From the NCBI GenBank assembly GCA_964601155.1, contig CAZRMO010000003.1, forward strand, positions 21,066-85,065: 64,000 nt of DNA, written 5' to 3'. A model generated the notes under the pieces. It worked only from the letters and a program-made list of their open reading frames with translations. It searched no databases and was not told the origin of the DNA. The position numbers were made by a program, and so were the translations under genes. Within the stretch, counting starts at the first letter, position 1, and each line of letters starts with the position of its first letter. Below are positions 35,707-46,178 of this stretch, one piece after another. Origin of the DNA: an uncultured Enterobacteriaceae bacterium (lineage in GTDB: Bacteria; Pseudomonadota; Gammaproteobacteria; Burkholderiales; SG8-39).

Positions 35707-36126
35707 ATGAGCAAGGAATTCGTCGACAGGGTTAACGCTTTTCCGGGATGGGTGAAGGAGATGGGGATCGTGATCCTCACCGCCACGCCGGAGGAGGTGA
35801 GCTGCGAATGGGAAGTGAGCGAAAAGCACCATCAAGGCTACGGCATCGTGCACGGCGGCGTGCATTGCGGGGTGATCGAGACCCTCGCGTCGGTTGGGGC
35901 GGCGGCCGTCGCGCATCCGCGCGGCCAGCGGATCGTCGGCTTGGAGAACAGCACTTCGTTCATCCGTGCCGTGCGCTCTGGAAAGCTGCATGCCCTCGCC
36001 AAGCCCGTCACGCGCGGCCGTTCGAGCCAGGTATGGGAGGCATGGATACGCGACGAAAAAGAGCAGCTCGTGGCGCAAGGCCGCGTGCGCCTGCTGTGCT
36101 TCGACGAGAACCGCGCGATCGGCTGA
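35707..36126 (+). CDS. PaaI/YigI-type hotdog-fold thioesterase
   Basis: 139 aa. HQGYGIVHGGVHCGVIETLASVG and GRSSQVWEAWIRDE are typical of PaaI-family thioesterases. Confidence 0.8.
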   Translation: MSKEFVDRVNAFPGWVKEMGIVILTATPEEVSCEWEVSEKHHQGYGIVHGGVHCGVIETLASVGAAAVAHPRGQRIVGLENSTSFIRAVRSGKLHALAKPVTRGRSSQVWEAWIRDEKEQLVAQGRVRLLCFDENRAIG

Positions 36127-36286
36127 GCGGGTAAAGGGTGGCATTGACGCCCGCACACGCCGGCGAGCTTGCCTCGGTGCTGCGGCAGGGTGCAAGGCGA
36201 GCGACACGAGCGCCGGCTGACCAGCGTGGCCATCGCGGGCGTGGTGTATGATTCGATGATCGTCTGCGCACTGCAAAGGATGCCGA

Positions 36287-38476
36287 TTGTCTGCGCTTAG
36301 GAAGATTGCGGTCAGCACCGGCATGTTCTGGGTCGAGGTGGCGGCCGCCGACCTGCGCATACTGTGCGGATGCCCGGTGGACTCGGTCAAGCATCTGCTC
36401 CGACGGGGCCTGATTGTCTCCACCGAAGTGGACGGCGTCGAATGCGAAACCGGACCCAACGCCATTCTGCTCTCGGATCTCACCATTCAAAACGGCCGCG
36501 CGTGCAGCCGTTCGGAGTTTCCGGTTCTGCAAATGTTGTACAAGCAGGGCATGATAGTGCCGGATCATCCGTGCAACACCGGCTTGCGGCCGCTGCTCAT
36601 CGGCTCGCACGCCCAGGTCGAGGCGCAGATGGAGTACCTGTTCTGCGGAAACTACGGCCTCGCCTCGCGCGAAGAATTGATCGAGGCCGATGTCGCGCCG
36701 GCGCAGGCGGACGAACTCATGCGCATGAAACTCGCGTTCGCGTTCGGCCGGATCATGCCCACCGAGGAACTTGTGGAGCCGCTCTTCCTGGGACGCGAAG
36801 CGGTCGAAATCCGCAATGGCGTCACCATTCGAAGGCTGCGCACCAACGTATTCGAATTGGCCTACCAGGGCGAGCGGATGGAGGTCGACCTCAATCTCGG
36901 GCCGGGCGAAGTGTACGAGTGTCCCTACACGCTCGACAGGCATTTGCTTACCACCGACTATTTCTCGGTCGTGCACACCGGGGACGGCGACGGCTGGGAC
37001 ATGAACCGGCCCACGATGGGCAGCATCCTCCTGTTCCAGGGGCGCGTGTATCTGGTGGACGCCGGCCCGAACATCGATTATGCGTTGACTGCGCTGGGGA
37101 TCAGTGTCAACGAAATCGACGGCATTTTCCACACTCACTGCCATGACGATCACCTGGCCGGGCTGACGACCCTGTTCCGTGGAGACCGTCGCATCGCCTA
37201 CTATGCGGTTCCCATGGTGCGTGAATCGGTCATCAAGAAGCTGTCGACGGTGATGCGCATCCCGGAAGCCGAATTCGGGCGGCTGTTCGACGTGCATGAT
37301 CTGGTGCTGGACAAATGGAACGATATAGAAGGGCTGGAGGTCAGGCCCGTGCTTTCGCCGCATCCGGTCGAGACGACGATTTTCTATTTCCAGGTGATGT
37401 GGGAAGGGGGCTATCGCAGCTACGCGCATCTCGCGGATACCGTATCGCTCGACGTTCTGCGCAACATGATCGCAGCTGAAAGCGCGCCGGCCGGCGTCAG
37501 CCAGGCGTTTTTCGACAGGACTGCGGATGCCTATGCGCTCAGAGCCGATGTCAAGAAGATCGATATCGGCGGCGGCATGATACACGGCGTGGCGCAGGAT
37601 TTCCGTGAGGACAGGTCGGACAAGCTGATACTTGCGCACACGGCGCGGCGGCTTACCGAGGATGAGCGCGCTATTGGATCGGGCGCGCCTTTTGGGACCG
37701 TGGACGTGCTCATCGAAGGTACCTCGGACGTGCTGCGCCGCCGGGCGTATGAGTACCTGCGCAGCTACTTTCCCGACGCGCCTTTGCATCGCATTCGTCA
37801 CCTGTTGAACAACAAGATTCTGGTATTCAATCCGGAAGTGCTCCTGTTCAAGGAACAGGCGCCGATCGATGCCGTCTACCTGATTCTCAGCGGATCGGCG
37901 GAATTGCTGCGTACGGGCCACCGCAGCAGGAGCCTGGTCACTGCCGGTTCATTTCTGGGCGAGACGCCTGCGCTGCTTGGAAAGACGGCTATGGAAACCT
38001 GCCGCGCGGTCGGCTTCGTGCAGGCGCTGCGCTTGCCTCGGGACCTGTACCTCGATTTTGTCAGCCGCGGAGAGATGCGCCTGAATCTGGTTCAATCGCG
38101 TGAAAAGCTCGATTTTCTGAGGGGCAACTGGCTGTTCGCGGATGGCGTGTCCTGCGTGACGCTCAGCCGGCTGATCCGCTCGGTCGAGTCGGCTGTTTTC
38201 GAAAAGGACAGGATTATTCCGCCTCCGGCCGAAGAGCTGTTGGTGCTGCGCTCGGGCGAAGCCTTGCTGACCGCGCCGTCGGGGTACGAGGAACGTCTCA
38301 TCACCAACAGATACGTGGGCGCCACCGCAATTTCCCGGGACGAGTCGAAAGGCGCGCAGCTTCGATTTCTCGAGTTATCGGAGGCCTACCGCTTCCCGCT
38401 GAAAACCATTGCCGATATCCCGGTCGTGCGGTGGAAATTGCTGGAGGCGCATCGTCGGCGCTACTCCGACAATTGA
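36287..38476 (+). CDS. Multidomain protein: unknown N-domain + metallo-beta-lactamase fold + two CAP/cNMP-binding-like domains
   Basis: 729 aa. MBL motif HTHCHDDH with downstream His/Asp. C-terminal AVYLILSGSAELL...GSFLGE...CRAV..VQALRL beta-roll pattern, then a second more degenerate copy. TTG start uncertain (alternative ATG 36323). Confidence 0.65.
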   Translation: MSALRKIAVSTGMFWVEVAAADLRILCGCPVDSVKHLLRRGLIVSTEVDGVECETGPNAILLSDLTIQNGRACSRSEFPVLQMLYKQGMIVPDHPCNTGLRPLLIGSHAQVEAQMEYLFCGNYGLASREELIEADVAPAQADELMRMKLAFAFGRIMPTEELVEPLFLGREAVEIRNGVTIRRLRTNVFELAYQGERMEVDLNLGPGEVYECPYTLDRHLLTTDYFSVVHTGDGDGWDMNRPTMGSILLFQGRVYLVDAGPNIDYALTALGISVNEIDGIFHTHCHDDHLAGLTTLFRGDRRIAYYAVPMVRESVIKKLSTVMRIPEAEFGRLFDVHDLVLDKWNDIEGLEVRPVLSPHPVETTIFYFQVMWEGGYRSYAHLADTVSLDVLRNMIAAESAPAGVSQAFFDRTADAYALRADVKKIDIGGGMIHGVAQDFREDRSDKLILAHTARRLTEDERAIGSGAPFGTVDVLIEGTSDVLRRRAYEYLRSYFPDAPLHRIRHLLNNKILVFNPEVLLFKEQAPIDAVYLILSGSAELLRTGHRSRSLVTAGSFLGETPALLGKTAMETCRAVGFVQALRLPRDLYLDFVSRGEMRLNLVQSREKLDFLRGNWLFADGVSCVTLSRLIRSVESAVFEKDRIIPPPAEELLVLRSGEALLTAPSGYEERLITNRYVGATAISRDESKGAQLRFLELSEAYRFPLKTIADIPVVRWKLLEAHRRRYSDN

Positions 38477-38548
38477 GGCGTATTACGCCTCATGGAGATA
38501 AGCTTTTCGCCTGCATGCTCGACGGAATGACCGGCTTCGACTCCGCCT

Positions 38549-39667
38549 TCATGCCGACGCCGGCCGTGGGGCGAGGGCGGCCGTGATGGCCGCGCCGATT
38601 GCCTGCGTGCCGTCCTTGCCGCCCAACTCCATCGATTGAATTCTATTCGAGGCGAAGGCCGCGTCGACCGCCTGCCTGAGGCGGGCTGCCTCCGCAGCGG
38701 CTTCGGGCAGGCCATGCGTTTCACCCAGCCACTCGAGCATCAGGGCCGCGGAAAGTATCATGGCCGTCGGATTCGCCTTGCCCTGTCCGGCGATATCCGG
38801 CGCGCTGCCGTGACTGGGCTGAAACAGTCCGTGCTTGTCGCCGACGTCGGCGGACGGCGCCATGCCCAGGCCGCCGATCAATCCTGCGGCCAGATCCGAA
38901 AGAATGTCGCCAAACTGGTTTTCGGTGGGAATGACGTCGTAATCCCAGGGCCGCTTCACCAGGTTCATGGCCATCGCGTCGACGTAGCAGTGGTTTGCGC
39001 TGATATCCGGATTGAGCCGGGCGCGCTCCCAAAAGATCTTGTGGAAGAAGGCCATGCTGCTCAGTACATTGGCCTTGTCCACGCAGCTGACCTGCCCCTT
39101 CGCCGGATTCGCGGCGCGCCGCCGGCGCGCCAGCTTAAAGGCGAAATCGAAAAGCCTTTCGGAAGCTTTGCGCGACACGCGCCCGAGATCGAAGGCTTCG
39201 TCGTTGGTGGCTTTCGGCTGTCTGTCCGGGTACAGGCGGCCATAAAACAAGCCTTCCGACTGTTCGCGGACCAGCACGAAGTCTATCTGCGCGGCGCGCG
39301 GGTCGGCCAGCACCGAAGGCACGCCAGGGATGGCGCGTATGGGGCGGACTCCGGCGTACAGATCGAATTGTTTGCGCAGATCGAGTTGCGGATTTACTTC
39401 AGTACCGTCCGGGTAGCGGATGTGGGGCAGTCCCATCGCGCCGAAAAGAACCGCATCCGCATCCTCACAGGCGCGCAGCGTGCTGTCGGGCAGCGCGACG
39501 CCGGTGTCCGCATAGTGCTGCGCGCCGCCCGGGCGGTGAAGGTAGCTGAGGCCGAAGCGCGGCTGGTCTGCCAGAAGGCGTTCCAGCACGTTGATGCAGG
39601 CAGCCATTACCTCGGTACCAATGCCGTCACCTTGCAGGACGGCGATTTTGAAGAGCTGTTTGGTCAT
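38549..39667 (-). CDS. Isocitrate/isopropylmalate dehydrogenase-family enzyme (tartrate/IPM dehydrogenase-like)
   Basis: 372 aa. [14 protein letters not shown]-terminus and family signature [24 protein letters not shown]. Confidence 0.85.
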   Translation of the reverse strand: MTKQLFKIAVLQGDGIGTEVMAACINVLERLLADQPRFGLSYLHRPGGAQHYADTGVALPDSTLRACEDADAVLFGAMGLPHIRYPDGTEVNPQLDLRKQFDLYAGVRPIRAIPGVPSVLADPRAAQIDFVLVREQSEGLFYGRLYPDRQPKATNDEAFDLGRVSRKASERLFDFAFKLARRRRAANPAKGQVSCVDKANVLSSMAFFHKIFWERARLNPDISANHCYVDAMAMNLVKRPWDYDVIPTENQFGDILSDLAAGLIGGLGMAPSADVGDKHGLFQPSHGSAPDIAGQGKANPTAMILSAALMLEWLGETHGLPEAAAEAARLRQAVDAAFASNRIQSMELGGKDGTQAIGAAITAALAPRPASA

Positions 39668-39870
39668 GGTCTTGCGCGGGCGCCCAAAAAAGAAAGGACC
39701 CGGGACGCACTGGTCGCCACCGGGCCGAAATACTTCCTGGCAGATGTTTTTTCGCGGGCAGGAGAGTTCCCAAACATCTGTGTCGATGATCCCATGGTTT
39801 TCCCTTGCGCGGCTTGCCTTAGGTCAAACGCCCCATTTTTGTTTGGCGCAGCTTGCAGGCAGGCTTTGGC

Positions 39871-39952
39871 ACAATATATAGAATACAATATATGCATATA
39901 AACAGTTAACTATACAATTATATTAAAGTACATTATAGATATCGGAATAAGC
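39871..39952. promoter_or_regulatory. Strikingly AT-rich block with a palindrome in a divergent intergenic region
   Basis: About 80 bp almost devoid of G/C in a GC-rich genome. Contains the perfect 12-bp palindrome TATATGCATATA (39889-39900) and repeated TATAGAATA/TATACAATTATA motifs. Lies between the divergent dehydrogenase (-) and GNAT (+) genes. Confidence 0.5.
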
Positions 39953-40044
39953 ATTGATCGCGGTCAATGGCTGCCGCGCGGCCTAGCCTAACATTGCTTG
40001 CAGGCGCCGGACAGCGCCGGATTGGAGCTTGCGAGCGCGCATCC

Positions 40045-40572
40045 ATGGCGGAGTATCCAACACAGCTGATACGGCAGCGCGTATTGCGCGATGGCACGCC
40101 CGTGACCATACGGCCGATCCGTCCGGAGGACTCCGGCATGGAGCAGGAATTCGTGCGCCATCTCTCGGACGATACCCGTTACTTTCGCTTCATGGGCTCC
40201 TTGCGGGAACTGCCATCGAAAAAACTGAGGTCCTTCACCGAAATCGATTACCGGCGGCACATGGCTTTTGTCGCCGTCATCACGCAGGACGGAAAGGAAC
40301 TGGAGATCGGGGTGGCGCGCTACGTTGCTACCGAAGATCCCACCAACTGCGAATTCGCTATCGTGGTCGACGATGCCTGGCAAGGTAGTGGCGTTGCGGG
40401 AATGCTGATGTTTTCCCTGCAACGCGCGGCCTGCGAGCAAGGATTCAAGACGATGGACGGCATCGTGCTCGCGGAGAATTACAAAATGCTCAGGTTCGCC
40501 AGGCAACTCGGCTTCAAGTGTCGTCGCGTACCGGGTGAGTCCGATATCGTGCACGTAGAGGTGCGCTTATGA
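40045..40572 (+). CDS. GNAT-family acetyltransferase resembling the catalytic domain of Pat-type protein lysine acetyltransferases
   Basis: VTIRPIRPEDSGMEQEFVRHLSDDTRYFRF and WQGSGVAGMLM (acetyl-CoA P-loop-like Q/RxxGxG/A). ATG 40045 is preferred. Confidence 0.7.
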   Translation: MAEYPTQLIRQRVLRDGTPVTIRPIRPEDSGMEQEFVRHLSDDTRYFRFMGSLRELPSKKLRSFTEIDYRRHMAFVAVITQDGKELEIGVARYVATEDPTNCEFAIVVDDAWQGSGVAGMLMFSLQRAACEQGFKTMDGIVLAENYKMLRFARQLGFKCRRVPGESDIVHVEVRL

Positions 40573-40686
40573 GCCGGCTATGATTTTCGTCAAGACAGAA
40601 GAAGGGCACGGCGATAACCTGCTCTATAAGCCGGCGTCGCGGCCGCCGGCCGATGCGAGCAAGACCTGAGGCGCGCCGCGTGGAGC

Positions 40687-42486
<1,800 letters not shown>

Positions 42487-42499
42487 GCGCGAGGCCGCA

Positions 42500-43498
42500 A
42501 TGAGCATCCACAAGACCGCGGCGACGCCGGGCAGCGAGCGCGAGCATGCGCTCTCGCTGCTGCGGCAGATGCTGCTCATACGCCGCTTCGAGGAGAAAGC
42601 AGCCGAACTCTACAGCGCGGGAAAAATCCGCGGCTTCCTGCATCTGTATATAGGCGAAGAGGCGATCGCGGTGGGCGCGATGCAGGCGCTAGGCGCGGAG
42701 GATGCGGTGGTCGCGACCTACCGCGAGCACGGCCACGCGCTCGCGCGCGGCCTGCCCGCCGGAGCGATCATGGCGGAAATGTATGGCAAGGCGAACGGCT
42801 GCAGCCGCGGCCGCGGCGGCTCGATGCACCTGTTCGATGTCGGGCGCCGCTTCTATGGCGGCTATGCCATCGTCGCCGGCGGTCTGCCGGTTGCGGTGGG
42901 CCTCGCGCTCGCCGACAAGATGCAGGAGCGGCAGGCGGTGACGGCGTGTTTTTTCGGCGAAGGCGCGGCCGCGGAGGGCGAATTCCACGAATCGCTCAAT
43001 CTGGCGGCGCTGTGGCGGCTGCCGGTCCTGTTCCTTTGCGAAAACAATCTCTACGCGATGGGCACCGCGCTGGAGCGCTCGGAATCGCAAACGGATATCC
43101 ACCTGAAGGCGCAGAGCTACAACATCGTCGCCGAGGCGGTCGACGGCATGGATGTGCTGGCGGTGGAGTCAGCGGTGCAACGCGCGGTCGCGCAGCTGCG
43201 CCGCGGCGAAGGCCCTTACTTTCTCGAACTGCGCACTTATCGCTATCGCGCGCACTCCATGTCCGATCCGGAACTCTACCGCAGCAAGGAAGAGGTCGCG
43301 CAGTGGCGCGGCCGCGATCCGATATCGCTGTTCGATGCCTACCTCAGGGGAAACGGCATGCTCGACGACGCCGAACTGAAGACGCTCGAAACCGACGTCG
43401 CCAAGGATGTCGATTGGGCCGTGGCCGAAGCGGAGAAGGGCGCGTGGGAGCCGGTCTCCGATCTGGAGCGCGACGTTTATGCCAGCGCCGGCGCCTAG
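42500..43498 (+). CDS. Thiamine-diphosphate-dependent 2-oxoacid/acetoin dehydrogenase E1 alpha subunit
   Basis: 332 aa. TPP motif [37 protein letters not shown] and [11 protein letters not shown] phospho-loop region. Confidence 0.9.
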   Translation: MSIHKTAATPGSEREHALSLLRQMLLIRRFEEKAAELYSAGKIRGFLHLYIGEEAIAVGAMQALGAEDAVVATYREHGHALARGLPAGAIMAEMYGKANGCSRGRGGSMHLFDVGRRFYGGYAIVAGGLPVAVGLALADKMQERQAVTACFFGEGAAAEGEFHESLNLAALWRLPVLFLCENNLYAMGTALERSESQTDIHLKAQSYNIVAEAVDGMDVLAVESAVQRAVAQLRRGEGPYFLELRTYRYRAHSMSDPELYRSKEEVAQWRGRDPISLFDAYLRGNGMLDDAELKTLETDVAKDVDWAVAEAEKGAWEPVSDLERDVYASAGA

Positions 43499-43527
43499 CG
43501 CTTCCCTATGAAAGCATTGGAGCCGCA

Positions 43528-44496
43528 ATGGCCAAGATGACCTACCGAGTAGCAGTGCGCGAAGCGATGCGCGAAGCACTGCGTGCGGACCCGCGCGTGT
43601 TTCTCATGGGCGAAGACGTGGGCAAGTACGGCGGCTGTTTCGCGGTGAGCCATGGGCTGCTGGACGAGTTCGGGCCGAAGCGCGTACGCGACACGCCGCT
43701 GTCCGAGTCGACTTTCGTCGGCGCCGGCATCGGCGCAGCGCTGGGCGGCATGCGACCGATCGTCGAGATCATGACCATCAATTTCAGCCTGCTCGCGCTC
43801 GACCAGATCGTCAACAATGCCGCCATCTTGCGCTATATGTCGGGCGGCCAGCTAGGCGTCCCATTGGTGGTGCGCATGGCAACGGGCGGCGGCCGGCAGC
43901 TCGCCGCGCAGCACTCGCACAGCCTCGAAGGCTGGTATGCGCACATCCCGGGGATCAAGGCCGCGGCGCCGGCGACCGTGGCCGATGCCAAGGGTCTGCT
44001 GCTCGCCGCGCTGAAGGAGCCCGACCCGGTAATGCTGTTCGAACATGCGACCTTGTATCCGCTGGAAGGCGAGAGCGAGGACGACACGCCGATGGAGTTT
44101 GGTCGCGCGGCGCTGCGGCGCGCTGGCCGCGACGTGAGCCTGATCACTTATGGCGGCGCACTGGGCAAGACGCTGCAGGCCGCGGCGCAGCTGGCCGAGC
44201 AGGGTGTGGATGCCGAGGTCATCGACCTGCGCAGTCTGCGCCCGCTGGATACCGAGACCATCTTTGCCTCGCTGGCCCATACCCACAGGGCGGTGATCGT
44301 GGAGGAGGCGTGGAAAGCTTGCGGCTTCGGGGCCGAGGTCAGTGCGCGCATCATGGAAGGCGCGTTCGACGCACTCGACGCACCGGTCGTCCGCGTGTGC
44401 GGGGCGGAAGTGCCCATGCCCTACGCGCAAGCCCTGGAGCAGGCCGCTTTGCCGCAGCCGGAGACCATAGTCAAAGCGGTGCGGGAGTTGCTTTAG
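43528..44496 (+). CDS. 2-oxoacid/acetoin dehydrogenase E1 beta subunit
   Basis: 322 aa from [28 protein letters not shown]....GL..EFG..RV.DTPLSE is the E1-beta consensus. Confidence 0.9.
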   Translation: MAKMTYRVAVREAMREALRADPRVFLMGEDVGKYGGCFAVSHGLLDEFGPKRVRDTPLSESTFVGAGIGAALGGMRPIVEIMTINFSLLALDQIVNNAAILRYMSGGQLGVPLVVRMATGGGRQLAAQHSHSLEGWYAHIPGIKAAAPATVADAKGLLLAALKEPDPVMLFEHATLYPLEGESEDDTPMEFGRAALRRAGRDVSLITYGGALGKTLQAAAQLAEQGVDAEVIDLRSLRPLDTETIFASLAHTHRAVIVEEAWKACGFGAEVSARIMEGAFDALDAPVVRVCGAEVPMPYAQALEQAALPQPETIVKAVRELL

Positions 44497-44498
44497 TC

Positions 44499-45800
44499 AT
44501 GGCGGAGTTCCTTATGCCGCGCTTGGGTGCCGACATGACCGCCGGCAAAGTGGTGGCCTGGCTCAAACAGCCGGGGGAACGCATCAAACGCGGTGACGTC
44601 ATCGCCGTCGTCGAAACCGACAAAGCCAACGTCGATGTGGAGTCCTTCGTCGACGGAGTGATGGAAAAGATTCTGGTTCAGCCCGGTGACGAGCGGCTCC
44701 CGGTCGGCACGCCGCTTGCGCTGATTGGGGGCGAGGCCGGCGCGGAAGCTGCGGCACCTGCACCGGCTCCCGCTCCCGCGGCGCCTGCGCCGGCCACCGC
44801 GGCGCCTGCGCCGGCCACCGTGGCGCCTGCGCCGGCCACCGCAGCGCCGCGCGCGGTCGTCACACCGGGGGCTGCCGCGCCGGCGCCTGTTCCATCCGTA
44901 GTGGCCGCGCCGGAGAAGGCTCCGAGCCCGGCAGCGCCGGCAGCATCGCGACCCGCTGGCGCGGGCGAGCGCGCACGCATCTCGCCGGCAGCACGCAAGC
45001 GCGCACAGGAATTGCGGCTGGATCCGGCAACGCTGGCAGGCACGGGTCCGCAGGGACGCGTGACGCTCGCCGACGTCGAGCGCGCCGCGCAGGGCGTCAA
45101 GAAGGAAGCCGGCGCGGGCGATACCGCGGCGGCGCGCCAAATTCGCATGCGCGAAGCCATCGCCACGGCTATGGCACGTTCCAAGCGCGAAATCCCCCAC
45201 TATTATCTCGCCAGCACCATCGACTTTGGGCGCGCGCTGGGGTGGCTCGCCGAGCGCAATGCGGGCCGTGCCGTGACCGAGCGCCTGATCTATGCCGTGC
45301 TGCTGATCAAGGCGTCGGCACTGGCCTTGCGCGAGGTGCCGGAACTGAACGGGTTTTGGATCGACAACCATGCCGAGCAAAGCGATGCGATCCATGCCGG
45401 CATCGCAATTTCCCTGCGCGGCGGCGGGCTGGTGGCGCCGGCGCTGCACCACGCGGATCGGCAGTCGCTGGACGAACTGATGCACGGATTCCAGGACCTC
45501 GTCAAGCGCGCGCGCGCAGGTTCGCTCAAGAGTTCGGAGGTCACCGATCCCACCGTGACCATCACCAGCCTGGGCGAACGCGGGGTGGAGTCGCTGTTCG
45601 GCATCATCACGCCGCCGCAGCTCGCGCTGGTCGGCTTCGGCACGCCGCTGGAGCGGCCCTGGGTGGTGGACGGCAAGGTGATGGCGCGCCCGCTGCTGAG
45701 CGCGACGCTTTCCGGGGATCACCGCGCCACCGACGGCCACCGCGGCGCACTTTTTCTGACAGCGCTGGATCGCTTGCTGCAACAACCGGAGGCTTTATGA
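44499..45800 (+). CDS. Dihydrolipoamide acyltransferase (E2): lipoyl domain, subunit-binding domain, catalytic domain
   Basis: Lipoyl-Lys ETDKA, Ala/Pro linker, [19 protein letters not shown], catalytic DHRATDG. Starts 2 nt after the E1-beta stop. Confidence 0.9.
   Translation: MAEFLMPRLGADMTAGKVVAWLKQPGERIKRGDVIAVVETDKANVDVESFVDGVMEKILVQPGDERLPVGTPLALIGGEAGAEAAAPAPAPAPAAPAPATAAPAPATVAPAPATAAPRAVVTPGAAAPAPVPSVVAAPEKAPSPAAPAASRPAGAGERARISPAARKRAQELRLDPATLAGTGPQGRVTLADVERAAQGVKKEAGAGDTAAARQIRMREAIATAMARSKREIPHYYLASTIDFGRALGWLAERNAGRAVTERLIYAVLLIKASALALREVPELNGFWIDNHAEQSDAIHAGIAISLRGGGLVAPALHHADRQSLDELMHGFQDLVKRARAGSLKSSEVTDPTVTITSLGERGVESLFGIITPPQLALVGFGTPLERPWVVDGKVMARPLLSATLSGDHRATDGHRGALFLTALDRLLQQPEAL
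44781..44843 (+). repeat. 3 x 21-bp tandem repeat inside the E2 linker
   Basis: GCGCCTGCGCCGGCCACCG(C/T)G repeated three times, encoding APAPATA x3. An ordinary flexible linker feature. Confidence 0.85.
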
Positions 45801-46057
45801 GCAAAGACGAAATCCGCACGCGCGTGATCAAGACCCTGTCCGGGATCGTGCCCGAACTCGATCCGCGCAATCTCAAGCCCGCCGTGAGCCTGCGCGATCA
45901 GCTCGACGTAGATTCCATGGATTTCCTCAATTTCCTGATCGCCCTGCACCAGGAATTCGGCGTGGACGTGCCCGAGTCCGACGCGGGAAAGCTCGGCACG
46001 ATCGATGCCTGCGTAGACTATCTGGAACAGGCGCTGCAGCAGCGCACTCAAGTTTGA
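45797..46057 (+). CDS. Acyl carrier protein-like (phosphopantetheine attachment site)
   Basis: 86 aa. [17 protein letters not shown] matches the ACP D-S-(L/M)-D helix II motif. Its ATG overlaps the E2 stop (ATGA at 45797-45800). Confidence 0.8.
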   Translation: MSKDEIRTRVIKTLSGIVPELDPRNLKPAVSLRDQLDVDSMDFLNFLIALHQEFGVDVPESDAGKLGTIDACVDYLEQALQQRTQV

Positions 46058-46178
46058 AGCGGGAGCGGCACAGCAACGAGAAGACAAAACCGCGCTTGGG
46101 CAGCAAGAAGCGGCGCCTTTTCCATTCGGGCGGCTGCGGACCGACGGCGATCGGTATGGCGCGCGAAAAGAGGCAGCA

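Noticed and set aside
38475-38491. Hairpin GAGGCGT-ATT-ACGCCTC overlapping the stop codon of the MBL/cNMP gene, considered as a bidirectional terminator
   Set aside because: It has a 3-nt loop and no adjacent T- or A-run on either side. That is insufficient to call an intrinsic terminator.
44781-44843. Tandem 21-bp repeats, considered as a possible CRISPR/VNTR-like array
   Set aside because: There are only three in-frame copies with no spacers, encoding the Ala/Pro linker (APAPATA) between the lipoyl and subunit-binding domains of E2. This is a normal feature of these proteins.
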